Shown here in pieces: positions 19,001 to 27,945 of a stretch of DNA of 64,000 bases. Source of the stretch: an uncultured Thermoleophilia bacterium (GTDB taxonomy: Bacteria; Actinomycetota; Thermoleophilia; Gaiellales; Gaiellaceae). The stretch covers positions 84,756 to 148,755 of the forward strand of contig CAVXLS010000009.1 in the NCBI GenBank assembly GCA_963762675.1, given 5' to 3'. Every line of letters begins with the position of its first letter. Positions within the stretch are counted from its first letter, which is position 1. Below the pieces are notes generated by a model that worked only from the letters and a program-made list of their open reading frames with translations, was not told where the DNA came from and searched no databases. A program made the position numbers and the translations under genes.

Positions 19001-20263
19001 GTGCCTGACGAGACCCTCAGCATTCGAGACAACCGCACCGGGAGCGAGTACGAGGTGCCGATCGTCGACGGCACGATCCGCGCCACCGACCTGCGCCAGA
19101 TCGCGCTCACGTCGTATGACCCGGCGTTTCTGAACACGGCGTCGTGCCGGAGCGCGATCACCTACATCGACGGCGACGCGGGCATCCTGCGCTACCGCGG
19201 CTACCCGATCGAGCAGGTGGCGGAGCGGGCGAGCTTCCTCGAGACGGCCTGGCTCCTGCTCGAGGGCGAGCTGCCGACCGTCGCCGAGCTCCGCGCCTGG
19301 GAGGAGGAGGTCAGGACGCACACGTACGTCCACCGGAACGTGACGAAGTTCCTGGAGGGCTTCCGCTACGACGCGCACCCGATGGGGATGCTGCTCGGCG
19401 CGGTCAGCGCGCTGTCGACCTTCTACCCCGACGCGAAGAACATCGCCGACCCGGAGAGCCGCCGCCTCCAGCGCGTGCGCCTGATCGCGAAGCTCCCGAC
19501 GATCGCGGCCTTCATCTTCCGCCACGCGCACGGGCTGCCGTACGTCTTCCCGCGGAACGACCTCGACTACATCGGCAACTTCGTGAACATGACCTTCGAG
19601 ATCGGCGGCCGGCACGAGCCGAATCCCGTGCTGCAGCGCGCGCTCGAGATCCTGCTCATCCTCCACGCCGACCACGAGCAGAACTGCTCGACGAACGCGG
19701 TTCGCGGCGTCGGCTCGTCGCACGTCGATCCGTTCTCGGCCGTGTCGGCGGGGATCGCGGCTCTCTACGGCCCGCTGCACGGCGGCGCGAACGAGGCGGT
19801 GCTGCGCATGCTCGACGAGATCGACCACGTCGAGAACGTGCCCGACTTCATCGAAGGCGTGAAGGCGGGCCGCGGCCTCCTGATGGGCTTCGGCCACCGC
19901 GTCTACAAGAGCTACGACCCGCGCGCGAAGCTGATCAAGCAAGTCGCCGACGACGTCTTCGAGCAGACCGGGCTCAACCCGAAGCTCCAGATCGCGCTCG
20001 AGCTGGAGCGCATCGCGCTCGAGGACGAGTACTTCGTCTCGCGCAGGCTCTACCCGAACGTCGACTTCTACTCCGGGCTCATCTACCAGGCGATGGGCTA
20101 TCCGACCGACTACTTCACGGTGCTGTTCGCGCTCGGGCGTCTGCCCGGCTGGATCGCACAGTGGGAAGAGATGCTCGGCGACTCCGAGCAGAAGATCGCC
20201 CGGCCGCGGCAGGTCTACGTCGGCTCGCCCGAGCGCGAGTTCGTCGCGCTCGAGCACCGCTAA
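19001..20263 (+). CDS. gltA: Citrate synthase
   Basis: VPDETLSIRDNRTGSEYEVPI...YRGYPIEQ...LILHADHEQNCSTN...GPLHGGANE...GFGHRVYK...NVDFYSG are classic type II citrate synthase motifs. The GTG at 19001 is preceded by GGGAG. Confidence 0.92.
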   Translation: MPDETLSIRDNRTGSEYEVPIVDGTIRATDLRQIALTSYDPAFLNTASCRSAITYIDGDAGILRYRGYPIEQVAERASFLETAWLLLEGELPTVAELRAWEEEVRTHTYVHRNVTKFLEGFRYDAHPMGMLLGAVSALSTFYPDAKNIADPESRRLQRVRLIAKLPTIAAFIFRHAHGLPYVFPRNDLDYIGNFVNMTFEIGGRHEPNPVLQRALEILLILHADHEQNCSTNAVRGVGSSHVDPFSAVSAGIAALYGPLHGGANEAVLRMLDEIDHVENVPDFIEGVKAGRGLLMGFGHRVYKSYDPRAKLIKQVADDVFEQTGLNPKLQIALELERIALEDEYFVSRRLYPNVDFYSGLIYQAMGYPTDYFTVLFALGRLPGWIAQWEEMLGDSEQKIARPRQVYVGSPEREFVALEHR

Positions 20264-20267
20264 CGAC

Positions 20268-20721
20268 GTGGGGGAACCCCTGGTTCCCCCACGTGCCCCC
20301 TCCTCTAGCACGGGGAAACCGTGGTTCCCCGTGGACCCCCTCCTTCCCGCTCGCCGAGTCGAGCTGCAGTGGGCGCTGCGGGGAGAGCGCGGTCTCCCCT
20401 GCGCGCGCGACCGCGGAGCCTCCTGCTTCCAGAGAGGAAGACGCGTCTCCTGCGAGAGGCGCTGCGTCAAAGCCGGAGGCGCCCTACGAGGCGTCCCCGC
20501 CGACGTTGGACCGCCTGCGGCCAACGTCGGCTGGGACGCATCTGGTTGCGCCTCCGGCTTTCGCAGCGCCTGGTGGCAAGAGAAGGTTTACCCCTCTCGG
20601 AGATCCGCAGCCTTCCGCCGCGCGGAGGGGAGACCGCGCTCTCCCCGGAGCGCCCACCAGACGGTCTACCTTACGGCCGAGCGCAGAGGAGGGGGCCCGG
20701 GGGAACCAGGGGTTCCCCGTG
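20268..20721. repeat. Nested-palindrome, MITE-like intergenic element (copy A) ending in hairpin-plus-C-tail units
   Basis: Units at 20268-20306 and 20309-20347 (direct) and 20685-20721 (inverted). Inner 31-nt inverted repeat 20369-20399 / 20627-20657 (30/31). Central hairpin 20469-20561 with perfect 14-, 7- and 10-bp stems. All symmetry levels centre near 20515. Confidence 0.8.
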
Positions 20722-20780
20722 CTCGTGGGATTGTGGTGTTCCCCGATTCGCGGGCGGGCGGCGCCTTGCAGCGTTGTGGG

Positions 20781-21956
20781 GTGCGCCGGCCAGCCCTCGA
20801 CCTCGACCGTCGGCCGATTCTCGTCTTCTGGGAGACGACGAAGGCGTGCGGGCTCGCGTGTCGTCACTGCCGGGCCGAGGCCGTCGCGGCATCCGCACCG
20901 GGGGAGCTCACCGACCCGGAGGCCGGGGCCTTCCTCGACTCGCTCGCCGGCTTCGGCTCCCCGCGCCCCGTGCTCGTCGCGACGGGAGGCGACGTGCTCG
21001 AGCGCCGCGACCTCGACGCGCTGCTCGACCGCGCGGCCACGCTGCGCATTCCGGTCGCGCTCGCGCCGAGCGTCACGCCCCTGCTCACCGACGAGCGGGT
21101 CGCGGCCATGCGCGCGGCCGGCGTGAAGGTGGCTTCGATCAGCCTCGACGGCGCGTCGGCGTCGACACACGAGCGGATCCGCGGCGTCGCCGGCCACCAC
21201 GCGGCGACGCTCGCCGCGATCCGGCGGCTGCGGCGCCACGGGATCGCAGTGCAGGTGAACACGGTCGTCATGCGGGAGACGGTCGACGAGTTGCCGACGA
21301 TCCTGCGCCTCGCACGCGATGCGGGCGCCTCGATCTGGGAGCTGTTCTTCCTCGTCCAGGTCGGCCGCGGGCGCGCGCTCGGGGAGCTCACGCCGGAGGA
21401 GAACGAGGACGTCTGCCACTTCCTCGCCGACGCGTCGCGCTACGGACTCGTCGTCCGCACGGTCGAGGCGCCCTTCTTCCGCCGGGTCGTGGCGCAGCAG
21501 GAGGACGGCGAGACCGCCCCGGCCGGGGCTCTCTACCGGCGCCTCAACGGCCGGCTGCGGCAGGAGCTCGGCGAGCCCTCCGGCCGCTCGAAAGCGCAGA
21601 CGAAGGGCACCCGCGACGGCCGAGGCATCGTCTTCGTCGCACACGACGGCGCCGTCCACCCCTCCGGCTTCCTGCCGCTCCCCCTCGGCAACGTGCGCGA
21701 CGAGACGCTCGTGCGGATCTACCGCGAGCACCCGCTCCTGCGCCGCATCCGCGCCGCCGAGTTCTCGGGAGCGTGTGGCGTCTGCCCGTACCGGGAGCTC
21801 TGCGGCGGCTCGCGAGCACGGGCGTTCGCGGCGACCGGCGACCCGCTCGCGGCCGACCCGGCGTGCGCCTTCAGGCCGCCCGCGCGCCGTGGCGGTGCTC
21901 GGCCGGCGGCGCCGTCGAGTCGCGCAGGACGAGCCGCGTCGCCAGCTCCACCCTGA
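20781..21956 (+). CDS. Radical SAM / SPASM-domain protein (NirJ/AhbD-like; possibly the TIGR04053 family, from memory)
   Basis: RPILVFWETTKACGLACRHCRAEA (CxxxCxxC cluster) and a C-terminal Cys-rich SPASM region (FSGACGVCPYRELCGGSRARAF). The start is uncertain: GTG at 20781 chosen, and the ORF stays open back into the repeat. Confidence 0.8.
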   Translation: MRRPALDLDRRPILVFWETTKACGLACRHCRAEAVAASAPGELTDPEAGAFLDSLAGFGSPRPVLVATGGDVLERRDLDALLDRAATLRIPVALAPSVTPLLTDERVAAMRAAGVKVASISLDGASASTHERIRGVAGHHAATLAAIRRLRRHGIAVQVNTVVMRETVDELPTILRLARDAGASIWELFFLVQVGRGRALGELTPEENEDVCHFLADASRYGLVVRTVEAPFFRRVVAQQEDGETAPAGALYRRLNGRLRQELGEPSGRSKAQTKGTRDGRGIVFVAHDGAVHPSGFLPLPLGNVRDETLVRIYREHPLLRRIRAAEFSGACGVCPYRELCGGSRARAFAATGDPLAADPACAFRPPARRGGARPAAPSSRAGRAASPAPP

Positions 21957-22927
21957 GCGCGTCGAGCGGGCGGCCGTCGAGCAGGCGGGTCAGCAGCCCG
22001 ACCGCGAGGCGGGCCATCTCGCCGAGGGGCTGGCGCACCGTCGTCAGCGCAGGCGTGACGAGAGGCGCGTGCTCGGCGTCGTCGAAGCCGACGACGGAGA
22101 TGTCCCGGGGAAGGGCGTATCCGAGCTCCCGTGCGCACTGACACGCGCCCACGGCCAGGTTGTCGTTGAAGGCGAGGACGGCGGTCGGCGGATCCGGCAG
22201 CGACAGCAGACGGGCTGCGCCTGTCCGGCCGCCCTCGACCTCGAAGTCCCCCTCGACGACGAGGGCGGGGTCGGGCCGGATGCCGGCCTCGACGAGCGCC
22301 GCGCGATAGCCGCCGAGGCGCTCCTCGGTCGCGCACCAGCCGGCAGGACCGGTGATCGCCCCGATGCGCCGGTGGCCGAGCCCGAGCAGATGCATGACCG
22401 CGGCTCCGGCCCCGGACGCGTTCGCCGGCGACACCGAGGGAATCCCCACGGGGACCGGCGTCTTCGGGTCGAGGACGACGAACGGGTAGCCACGCTTCTG
22501 CAGCGCCAGCAGCTCCGACTCCGACTCGGAGGGAAGGATGAGGACGGCGCCTTCCGTCGTCCCGTGCATCAGGCAGCTCCAGGAGGCTCACCTCCCGGTC
22601 GCGCTCGTGCCGGGTCGGACAGATGACCGCGCGGAGGTCGTGGTCGTACAGCGTGTCGATGATCGCGTCGGCCAGCACGGCGAAGTACGACGACTGGACC
22701 TTCGGGAGCGTGACCCCGACGAGGCCGGTGCGGCCGCCGGACAGGGCACGCGCGCTGCGGTTCGTCGAGTACCCCAGATCCCGGATCGCCCGGAGAGCCC
22801 GCTCGCGGGTCGCGGGGGCGACGACGGCCGGCCGGTTGAGCACGCGCGAGATCGTCGCCGCCGACACGCCGGCCGCGCGGGCGACGTCGCGCATCGTCGG
22901 AGAGCGCGCCTGCAACCGGTTACCCAT
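21871..22927 (-). pseudogene. LacI-family transcriptional regulator. One +1 frame break near 22572 as assembled.
   Basis: The HTH N-terminus (PTMRDVARAAGVSAATISRVLN...YSTNRSARALS) is in one frame. The sugar-binding core (LMHGTTEGAVLILPSE...VLAFNDNLAVGA...SVVGFDD...TTVRQP) is in the next. Confidence 0.85.
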
Positions 22928-23012
22928 CGGCTCGGATCTGTGCACGTTCCACGACCGCGGAGATCAGGGATTTCCCGCATGGGGAGCCCTCGTCGGCCGC
23001 TGCAACTGATGG

Positions 23013-23026
23013 TGGTAGCGGTTTCA
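23013..23026. promoter_or_regulatory. Candidate LacI-family operator half-palindrome (TGGTAGCGGTTTCA) in the lacI / GH5-like divergent intergenic region
   Basis: The reverse complement TGAAACCGCTACCA has a good left half-site for the LacI consensus (TGAAANCG). The right half is weak. Lies 17 nt upstream of the hydrolase start. Confidence 0.2.
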
Positions 23027-23042
23027 CTGCAAGCGGGGAGGC

Positions 23043-24955
23043 TTGGCCCTGGACACCTGGGTAGGCGTGAACTACTGGTCGCGAGCCGGCGGCCCGCGGA
23101 TGTGGCGGCGGTACGACGCCGCGATCGTGCGCGCGGAGCTCGGAACGCTCGCCGACCACGGTTGCGCCGTCACGCGCTCGTTCTGCTTCTGGCCCGACTT
23201 CGTGCCCGAGCCCGGCGTGCTCGACGAGGAGGTCGCGGCGAACTTCGCCGACTTCCTCGACGCGAGCGCGGACGCGGGCCTCGGCACGATCCCGACCTTT
23301 CTCGTCGGCCACATGTCCGGGGAGAACTGGGATCCGGCGTGGCGCCGTGGACGCGACCTCTATCGAGACGTCGAGCCTCGTCGCCGAGGAAGCGTGGTTC
23401 GCAGCAGAGATCGCGCGCCGCTTCGGCGCGCATCCGGCCGTCGTCGGCTGGCTCGTCTCGAACGAGATGCCGCTCTACGGCGGGCCTGCCGCGAGTGACG
23501 AGATCACCGCCTGGGCCCGGATCCTCGTCCAGGCCGTGCGCTCGACGGGCGCGACTCAGCCGATCTCGCTCGGCGACGGCGCGTGGGGCGCCGAAGCCGG
23601 CGGAGAGGACAACGGCTTCTCTCTGCGCGCACTGGCTCCGCTCGTCGACTTCGTCGGCCCGCACGTCTACCCGATGCAGGACGATCCGGTTCGCCAGTCC
23701 CTCGCCGCCGCCTTCGCGTGCGAGCTCGCGAGAGGCTTCGGAGGACCCGTCGTCCTCGAGGAGTTCGGCGCGACCTCCGACTTCGCCTCGGACGAGCACA
23801 TCGCGGGCTACTACAGCCGGGTGCTGGCGACGACGCTGCTCGCGGGCGCCCGGGGGTGGCTCGCCTGGTGCAACACCGACTTCGACGACCTCGCCGGCGA
23901 GGATCCGTACCGGCACCATCCGTTCGAGCTCCACTTCGGGGTCACCGACCGCTTCGGTGCACCGAAGCTGCAGCTCGGAGCGCTCGCCGAGTTCGCCTCC
24001 GCTCGTGCGCGAGCTCGACGGGGACGGCTGGGAGCCGGTCGCGGGAGACGTCGCGATCGTCGTGCCCGAGCACCTCGAGGGGTCGATTCCGTTCACGACG
24101 CCCGCCTACCGCGCCGACCTCCGCGACGACCTCTTCCAGGCGTACGTGGCGGCCCGCGAGGCCGATCTGCCGGTGGCGCTCGTCCGCGAACGGGACGGGA
24201 TCCCCGCGAACGCGCGCCTCTACGTCGCCCCGTGCGCGAAGCTCCTGACGGCGCCGGGGGTGGAACAGCTCGCAGAGCTGGCGCGCGGCGGCGCGACCCT
24301 CTACCTCTCCTTCTTCGCCGGAAGCACGCCGAACCAGCGGGGCCCCTGGCTGCCGTGGCTCGACGAGCTGTTCGGCGTCCGGCACGAGCTGCAGTACGGG
24401 CTCGTCGATCCCATCCTCGAGGACGAGGTCTCGCTCGAGCTCGTCGTGCCGCTCGGCGACCTGCCGGCGGGCGAGCGCCTCTCGTTCCGCGTCCCTCGCG
24501 ACGAGGGCGCCCGCGCATACCTGCCGGTCGAGCCCGACGGCGCCGAGGTCGTCGCAGTCGACGGCCACGGACGCCCGGCCCTCCTCCGGAACCGCCTGGG
24601 TGCCGGCGCCGCCTATCTGTGCACCTATCCCCTCGAGCACATGGCCGCCCGCACGCCTCACGTGAATCCGGAGGACACGTGGCGGCTCTATTCCGCCCTC
24701 GCGGACGCAGCCGGCGTCTCGCGGCCGGTCCGGGTCGAGGATCCGAGGATCCTCGTCGGCCGGCTCCGCACCGGCGGCGGCGAGCGCACGATATTCGTCA
24801 ACTGCTCGCTCGACGCGGTCGGCGTCACGCCGATCGTCGAGCCTGGACACGAGCTGCCGGCCCAGGGCCCGCTGATGCTCGAGCCTTCCGGCTTCGCGGT
24901 GCTCGGGGCGGCTTCACCGGTGGCCGTCGGCGAAGGGAGTGATGCCCGGGTCTGA
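23043..24955 (+). pseudogene. Glycoside hydrolase, clan GH-A TIM barrel (GH5/cellulase-mannanase-like) with a C-terminal beta-rich domain. Two +1 frame breaks (about 23376 and about 23998).
   Basis: Three consecutive frames read GVNYWSRAGGPRMW...FCFWPDF; then LVAEEAWFAAE...WLVSNEMPLYG...VVLEEFG (NE acid/base and EFG nucleophile-like motifs); then LVRELDGDGWEPV...LMLEPSGFAVL. Confidence 0.7.
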
Positions 24956-25003
24956 GCCGCTGTCGTCGTCGAATTCGCACCTGAGATGAGGAGAGTGCAA
25001 GTC

Positions 25004-26749
25004 ATGAAACGCGTGTGGAAACGGACGACTCTCGGCCTCGCCCTCGCAGCGTTGGCCGCGGTCGTCTTCTCCGCCGGAGGAGCCGGCGCGAGCCCTGCCT
25101 CGAAGCAGAGCGCGCTGATCGGCTACCCGCGCGGCCAGACACTGATCACCAGCGGGACGCAGTGGGGCAACATCGCCGGGACGAACCCCTACGTCGGCAA
25201 CTACGCAGCCGGCATGATCGGGCTCGACCTCGAGACCCTGCTCCGCTTCGACCCGATCAAGGGCAAGTACATCAACTGGCTGGCGAAGTCCGCCACGTGG
25301 ACGGGCCCGAAGCAGTTCACGATCGTGGTCCGGTCCGGCGTGAAGTGGGGTGACGGCAAGACCTTCACGGCCAGCGACGTCGCGTTCAACCTGAACCTCC
25401 TTCGGTTCAAGACGTCGCAGTGGAACAACCTCTACCTGAACGTCAAGAAACCGATCAAGGCTCTGGGCAACACGATCGTCGTCAACTTCAAGTCGACGCC
25501 GAACTACGTGCAGTGGCAGAACGCGATGTGGAACATCCCGATGATCAGCCCGGTGCAGGCGAGGAACGCGATCGTGAACGCCGCGAGCCTGACCACCTAC
25601 AGCCCGGGCAACCCGATCGGCACCGGCCCTTACAGGATGGATCCGAAGGGCTTCGATCCGACCACGAGGGTCGTCTGGGTCAAGAAGGCGCACTGGTGGG
25701 CTGCAGACCAGAATCTCTTGCCGTCGCCGCAGCCGAAATACATCATCGACCTCGTCAACACGTCGAACACGAACAGCCTCTCGGCCGTTCTGGCAGGCGT
25801 CGAGGACCTGAACAACAACTACCTCCCCGGCGTCAACCAGCTCGTCGACCAGGGCAAGGTCTCGACGTACTACAAGCAGGCGCCGTACATGCTGTCGGCG
25901 AACACGGCGTGGCTCGAGCCGAACACCACGCACAAGCCGTTGAACGACCCGGTGTTCCGTAGGGCACTGGCCGAGTCGATCAACGTCAACCAGATCGTCA
26001 CGCAGGACTACCAGAACCTCGTCCTGCCGGCGAGCCCGACCGGCCTCTTGCCGACCTGGTCGAAGTACGTCGACAAGACCGCGGTCGCGGAGAACGGCTT
26101 CAAGTACAACCCGACGAACGCCGTCAAGCTCCTGACCGATGCCGGCTACAAGAAGGACAGCTCCGGCATGTTCATGAACAAGGACGGCTCGAAGATCGAC
26201 CTCCAGATCGCAGTGCCGCAGGGCTGGTCGGACTGGGAGGCCGCCCGCGACATGATCATCTCGTCGGCGAAGGCATCCGGGATCCGGATCACCGCCAAGG
26301 TGAAGGACTTCAACACCTGGCAGAGCGACCGGAACACCGGCAACTTCGACCTGGTGGTCGACAACAACTACCAGATCAGCGACAACCCGTGGACGTACTG
26401 GAACGGCATCTTCCACCTGCCGATCCTCACGACGGGCACGGGACAGACCAACTTCAACTACGAGCGGTACTCGAACCCGACCGCGTGGGCACTCGTCCAG
26501 AAGCTGGACAAGACCCCGCTGTCCAACACCGCGGCGATCAAGGAGCTCAACAGCTCGTTGCAGACGACGCTGATGAAGGACCTCCCGCTGATCCCGCTCT
26601 GGTACAACGGCCAGTGGGCGCAGTTCACGTCCAAGTACTGGACGAACTGGCCCGGCGCGGGCACCAGCCGCCAGTACACCCCGGTCATGTGGGGCGGCTA
26701 CCTGCAGATGACCGGCATCGACATGTTCGCCCACCTCACGAAGAAGTGA
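25004..26749 (+). CDS. ABC transporter substrate-binding protein, family 5 (Opp/Dpp-type), probably oligosaccharide-binding
   Basis: MKRVWKRTTLGLALAALAAVVFSAGGAGA is a signal peptide, followed by a typical SBP_bac_5 core (VVRSGVKWGDGKTFTASDVAFN). The ATG at 25004 has AGGAGAG 8-9 nt upstream; the listed ORF starts 6 codons earlier. Confidence 0.85.
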   Translation: MKRVWKRTTLGLALAALAAVVFSAGGAGASPASKQSALIGYPRGQTLITSGTQWGNIAGTNPYVGNYAAGMIGLDLETLLRFDPIKGKYINWLAKSATWTGPKQFTIVVRSGVKWGDGKTFTASDVAFNLNLLRFKTSQWNNLYLNVKKPIKALGNTIVVNFKSTPNYVQWQNAMWNIPMISPVQARNAIVNAASLTTYSPGNPIGTGPYRMDPKGFDPTTRVVWVKKAHWWAADQNLLPSPQPKYIIDLVNTSNTNSLSAVLAGVEDLNNNYLPGVNQLVDQGKVSTYYKQAPYMLSANTAWLEPNTTHKPLNDPVFRRALAESINVNQIVTQDYQNLVLPASPTGLLPTWSKYVDKTAVAENGFKYNPTNAVKLLTDAGYKKDSSGMFMNKDGSKIDLQIAVPQGWSDWEAARDMIISSAKASGIRITAKVKDFNTWQSDRNTGNFDLVVDNNYQISDNPWTYWNGIFHLPILTTGTGQTNFNYERYSNPTAWALVQKLDKTPLSNTAAIKELNSSLQTTLMKDLPLIPLWYNGQWAQFTSKYWTNWPGAGTSRQYTPVMWGGYLQMTGIDMFAHLTKK

Positions 26750-26858
26750 GGCGCGGCAACTCCGACTGAAGCGACATGTCCGCAAGAGACCACCGCCCCT
26801 CCTCGCCGAGGCGGGAAGGGGCGGTGGCTCGACCGGGCGACGCCGGCAAGGAGAGCGT

Positions 26859-27854
26859 GTGCTCCGCTACTTCGTGAGAAAGCTCTTCGTCTACACCATG
26901 ACGTTCATCGTCGCGGTGACGGTGGACTGGGCGATCCCGCACCTGATGCCGGGCAACCCGGTGCTCTCGCTCGTGGCGAGGATCCAGATCCAGGATCCGA
27001 AAGTCGCCCAGCAGCTCTACGACCACTACATGCGGGCCTTCAACCTCGACCTGCCGCTCTGGAAGCAGTACTGGTACTTCTGGGTCTCGCTCTTCCACGG
27101 CGACCTCGGCACCAGCATCGTGCAGTTCCCGAGCTCGGTGACCTCGATCATCGTGCAAGCGGCCCCCTACACGCTCGGGCTGCTGATCCCGGCGATCCTG
27201 CTCAGCTGGTACGCCGGCAACAAGGTCGGCGCCATGGCCGCCAGGCGGAAGGTGCTCGACAACACCGCGCTACCGCTCGGCTACGCGCTCACCGCAACGC
27301 CGTACATGTGGCTCGCGATCCTCCTCTCCTGGACGCTCGCGGTCACCTGGCAGGTGTTCCCGGTCGGCTTCGCCTACGACCCGACCGCGGCGCGCGGATG
27401 GACGTGGGCCTTCATCTCCAACCTGCTCTACCACTGGTTCCTGCCGTTCATGTCCCTGTTCCTCGTCGCCTTCGGCGGCTGGGCGATCGGCATGCGGAAC
27501 ATGATCATCTACGAGCTCGAGTCCGACTACGCCCACTATCTCGAGGCGCTCGGAGCGCCGCAGCGGCTCGTCCGCAAGTACGCCTTCCGCAACGCGATGC
27601 TGCCGCAGATCACCGGCCTCGCGCTCGCGCTCGGAGCCGTCATCGCCGGCGCGCTGGTCACCGAGATCGTCTTCTCCTACCCGGGCCTCGGCTACCAGAT
27701 CTACCGGGCAATCACGAACGAGGACTACTTCGTGATCCAGGGGATCTTCCTCTTCATCATCGTCGGCGTCCTGGTCGCCAACTTCATCGTCGACCTCGTC
27801 TACGTCCTCGTCGACCCGCGCACGAGGATCGGGATGGAAGGAGGCAGGACGTGA
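26859..27854 (+). CDS. Opp/Dpp-type ABC transporter permease (DppB/OppB-like)
   Basis: MLRYFVRKLFVYTMTFIVAVTVDWAIPHLMPGNPV is the canonical OppB-type N-terminus. An EAA-loop region (YLEALGAPQRLVRKYAFRNAMLP) is present. Confidence 0.9.
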   Translation: MLRYFVRKLFVYTMTFIVAVTVDWAIPHLMPGNPVLSLVARIQIQDPKVAQQLYDHYMRAFNLDLPLWKQYWYFWVSLFHGDLGTSIVQFPSSVTSIIVQAAPYTLGLLIPAILLSWYAGNKVGAMAARRKVLDNTALPLGYALTATPYMWLAILLSWTLAVTWQVFPVGFAYDPTAARGWTWAFISNLLYHWFLPFMSLFLVAFGGWAIGMRNMIIYELESDYAHYLEALGAPQRLVRKYAFRNAMLPQITGLALALGAVIAGALVTEIVFSYPGLGYQIYRAITNEDYFVIQGIFLFIIVGVLVANFIVDLVYVLVDPRTRIGMEGGRT

Positions 27855-27880
27855 GCGTCGCTCGCGTACGGCTCGCTCCC

Positions 27881-27915
27881 GTGGGGGCACCTCCCGGTTC
27901 CCCCACGCCCCCTCC
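27881..27915 (+). repeat. Solo hairpin-plus-C-tail repeat unit (degenerate) between the two permease genes
   Basis: gtgggggcacctcccggttcccccacgccccctcc has the same GTGGGGG...GGTTCCCCCAC arms and CCCCCTCC tail as the units at 20268 and 51681. It starts 27 nt after the permease stop codon. Confidence 0.65.
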
Positions 27916-27945
27916 ACACGCTCACAGGTCACCGGAGGTCGACCC

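Noticed and set aside
20268-20721. A CRISPR array, because short GC-rich palindromic units recur.
   Set aside because: The units are not regularly spaced. One is inverted relative to the others. The intervening sequences are themselves inverted repeats rather than unique spacers. No cas genes are present.
20268-20780. An N-terminal extension of the radical SAM protein, or a leader/precursor peptide, encoded by the open frame through the repeat.
   Set aside because: The frame is open only because of GC richness. Copy B is equally open in an unrelated context. The translation is low-complexity, and radical SAM homology begins only near 20781.
9526-21956. A mycofactocin-like system, given a creatininase-family (MftE-like) gene and a radical SAM/SPASM (MftC-like) gene in the same window.
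   Set aside because: The two genes are more than 10 kb apart, on opposite strands and in different operons. I found no mftA-like small peptide (C-terminal ...GVY), mftB, mftD or mftF.
24986-26749. Visibly lower GC in the family-5 binding-protein gene (and in the two Liv-type binding-protein genes) as a sign of horizontal transfer.
   Set aside because: The drop tracks the Asn/Lys/Tyr/Thr-rich composition typical of secreted binding proteins. It is confined to those genes within otherwise uniform operons. No mobility genes or boundaries accompany it.
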